This document shows positions 62,101 through 64,000 of a stretch of DNA of 64,000 nt, in pieces; position 1 is the stretch's first letter, and the number at the start of each line of letters is the position of its first letter. Source of the stretch: Lytechinus variegatus (Eukaryota); NCBI RefSeq assembly GCF_018143015.1, contig NC_054751.1:28513438-28577437 (forward strand), in the 5' to 3' direction. Under the pieces are notes generated by a model. That model ran no database searches and was not told the DNA's origin. It was given only the letters and a program-made list of their open reading frames with translations. The position numbers and the translations under genes are program-made.

Positions 62101-63382
62101 TCAGACGTTCACAAGGTTTCGGCTTTAATAAGATACTGAAACTCTAGTGGACTTATTATTGATTAACTTAAATCACTGAAGTAGAAAATGGCCTGGAGAT
62201 AAAGAATAATGAATGTCCTAGTAATTATATATCTCCATCAATGCTATTTTTGAAATGTTAGTTTTCTAACAGGCCACATATAGACTTTTCAGGGTCTAAG
62301 TTAATAAGCTTTCAATTCTCAAACAGGCAACCATTTTTCCCTGACGTATGTAAATCATATGGAGTGAAAAATAATAAAATGAATTGAAATGAATAATTAT
62401 CACAAACTTCATAATTGCCGATTTAAATGGTGATAGCATATTTCATTGCATTTTCAATTTAGGGAGTTTAATGATTTTTTTCAAACAATTCAATTGTTCA
62501 TTATCAGGAAAAAACAGACACACTTCTCTGGAATTGGAATACAATTTTCAGAAAAACTTTTCTATTTCTGATCATATTTCATATGAAATTCCCAGCATCA
62601 AAGATTAAAGGACAGACGTAACTCTACAGGCGAAGCAAAACTAAAATATTGCTTGCTTCCTTATGAATAAAATATCACAATAGAAAAATGATAACCTGAA
62701 AATTTTAGAAAAAAAACACCAATTCTCTTTAGAAGGAATTGATGGATAGGTGATTGAGTTGATTGATATCCAAAAGTACAGTTTAACTGGCTCAAAAGAA
62801 AAAAAAGCTTCAAGATCGAAACCATTTACAGCGTTACAAAAAAGGATCAATATTGTGAGAAACATAGCATATTTACAATGTAAAAGTGGTCTTAAGCTAT
62901 TAATGCACAGACTATACATACTACACTGTCAACAGCAGCCGGATATAACCAAAAAACAGTGGATACAAATAAATTCAACCTGTGCTACAGAGAAGTGCAT
63001 CATATACACAAACAAATTGCACAAAGTACATGATTTTTTTTCCCATCAAGAAAAAATATATACTCATCTCACATTTTCCGACCAACGGGAAATAATATTG
63101 ATATACCTGGACTGCACTTGTTGATACCTGTATCTACATAAATAAAGGTAGGATTTTGCACTTTCCATCTGAGAGAACCCATACTGTCTGAAACACACCA
63201 AAGTAATAAATAAATAAATACCGATATATTCAATTTTTTGACCACCATTGTGGTACATACAAAGCATGGATGGGCATTCATCCATTTGAATAGAAAACTA
63301 GACTAGAATCTGTACTAGTTAGCAGAAAGGTGTATGGTGATAAATGTGATAGACAAGAGTGATGTGACTCATCAACTTGCAT

Positions 63383-64000
63383 CTAGGCTTTCAAGGCTTT
63401 TTTGGGTTGAGGCCTGTCTTCGCCGTCCTCAGGGGTAGCTCTTCGCTTGGAACGTTGGTCATCCGATTGGTCAGCCTCTTTGCTGGAGGTCGATTCGCCG
63501 GTCATCGAGGAGTGTATGCCATGGTCAGATCCACCAGGACCAAAGGGAGGGTTGTAGAGTGAGCTGTAGAGATGGGCTTCCACAAGGCGATTGATGGCAT
63601 CACTTACGCTAGGCTTTTTGTTGCTGTTGCTTCCGCCTTGCTTTGGATCTTCCATCCGGTAGAACATCCCCGTGGGGTCGATTCCCAGAGCAGCGGGTGG
63701 AGGAGTGTAGATGTTGAAGAAAGGCGAAGAGAACACCGGCTTGTGCAACCACTGGGCCCATTGCTCGGTGAGGGCGAGTTGAGTGTGTGCAGCAAGTGTA
63801 GACTGGGCTTCCTCAAGGCGGTAGCGGTCAGCTTCAGACAGAGACAGGCCTCCTGCAGGCAGGCTGATACCATGGCTTGCCAGAAGAGCAGGTTGAGATT
63901 CCAGTTGTTGCCTGAGGTAGGAGTAGCTATTCTGCAGGGCTTGCTTCTCACTCATGGCTCTAAGCTTCTCCGCAAAGCTCTCATATGGTCGAGCAGAGGC
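63383..64000 (-). CDS. 3'-terminal coding exon of an unidentified gene, running off the window edge. Stop TGA at 63383-63385. Encodes an S/P/G-rich C-terminus preceded by a heptad-like segment (AEKLRAMSEKQALQNSYSYLRQQLESQ).
   Basis: Uninterrupted ORF of at least 618 nt on the minus strand with markedly higher GC and codon structure than the surroundings, reaching the window boundary. No confident family assignment. Confidence 0.6.
   Translation of the reverse strand, partial: ASARPYESFAEKLRAMSEKQALQNSYSYLRQQLESQPALLASHGISLPAGGLSLSEADRYRLEEAQSTLAAHTQLALTEQWAQWLHKPVFSSPFFNIYTPPPAALGIDPTGMFYRMEDPKQGGSNSNKKPSVSDAINRLVEAHLYSSLYNPPFGPGGSDHGIHSSMTGESTSSKEADQSDDQRSKRRATPEDGEDRPQPKKALKA

Overview
This window reads as eukaryotic (metazoan, probably invertebrate) nuclear DNA: AT-rich, with GT-AG introns, and dense with SINEs, MITEs and an LTR element. 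It is not prokaryotic. Most of it (9446-50311, + strand) is one multi-exon gene that I recognise as condensin complex subunit 2 (NCAPH/CAP-H/Barren) by mentally aligning it to human NCAPH. It has 17 coding exons, all with canonical splice sites and consistent phases. The CDS totals 2190 nt, 729 aa, ending ...SLRLSVQADSFEDLLITQD*. Its introns are packed with transposable elements. These include a very young, RT-less Ty3/Gypsy-type LTR element (39755-46635, minus orientation, LTRs >99% identical) in intron 14. Two direct copies of a TIR-bounded element carrying satellite arrays flank exon 7. There is a piggyBac-like MITE with TTAA flanks. Several other MITE families, tRNA-derived SINEs, foldback hairpins and minisatellites are also present. 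The right edge (63383-64000, minus strand) holds the 3'-terminal coding exon of a second, unidentified gene running convergent to NCAPH. The most unusual structures are these. The 3' end of exon 14 plus its donor is tandemly duplicated, and the copies keep an open frame. The last exon with its acceptor is triplicated. The TE-borne arrays carry at least 15 perfect DR1 nuclear-receptor motifs (AGGTCAAAGGTCA). Poly-C...poly-G micro-palindromes recur through the window. All coordinates are read by eye, and TE boundaries may be off by 5-20 bp. I see no sign of a prokaryotic defence or operon-like system, and the 'undescribed system' prompt does not fit what the sequence shows.
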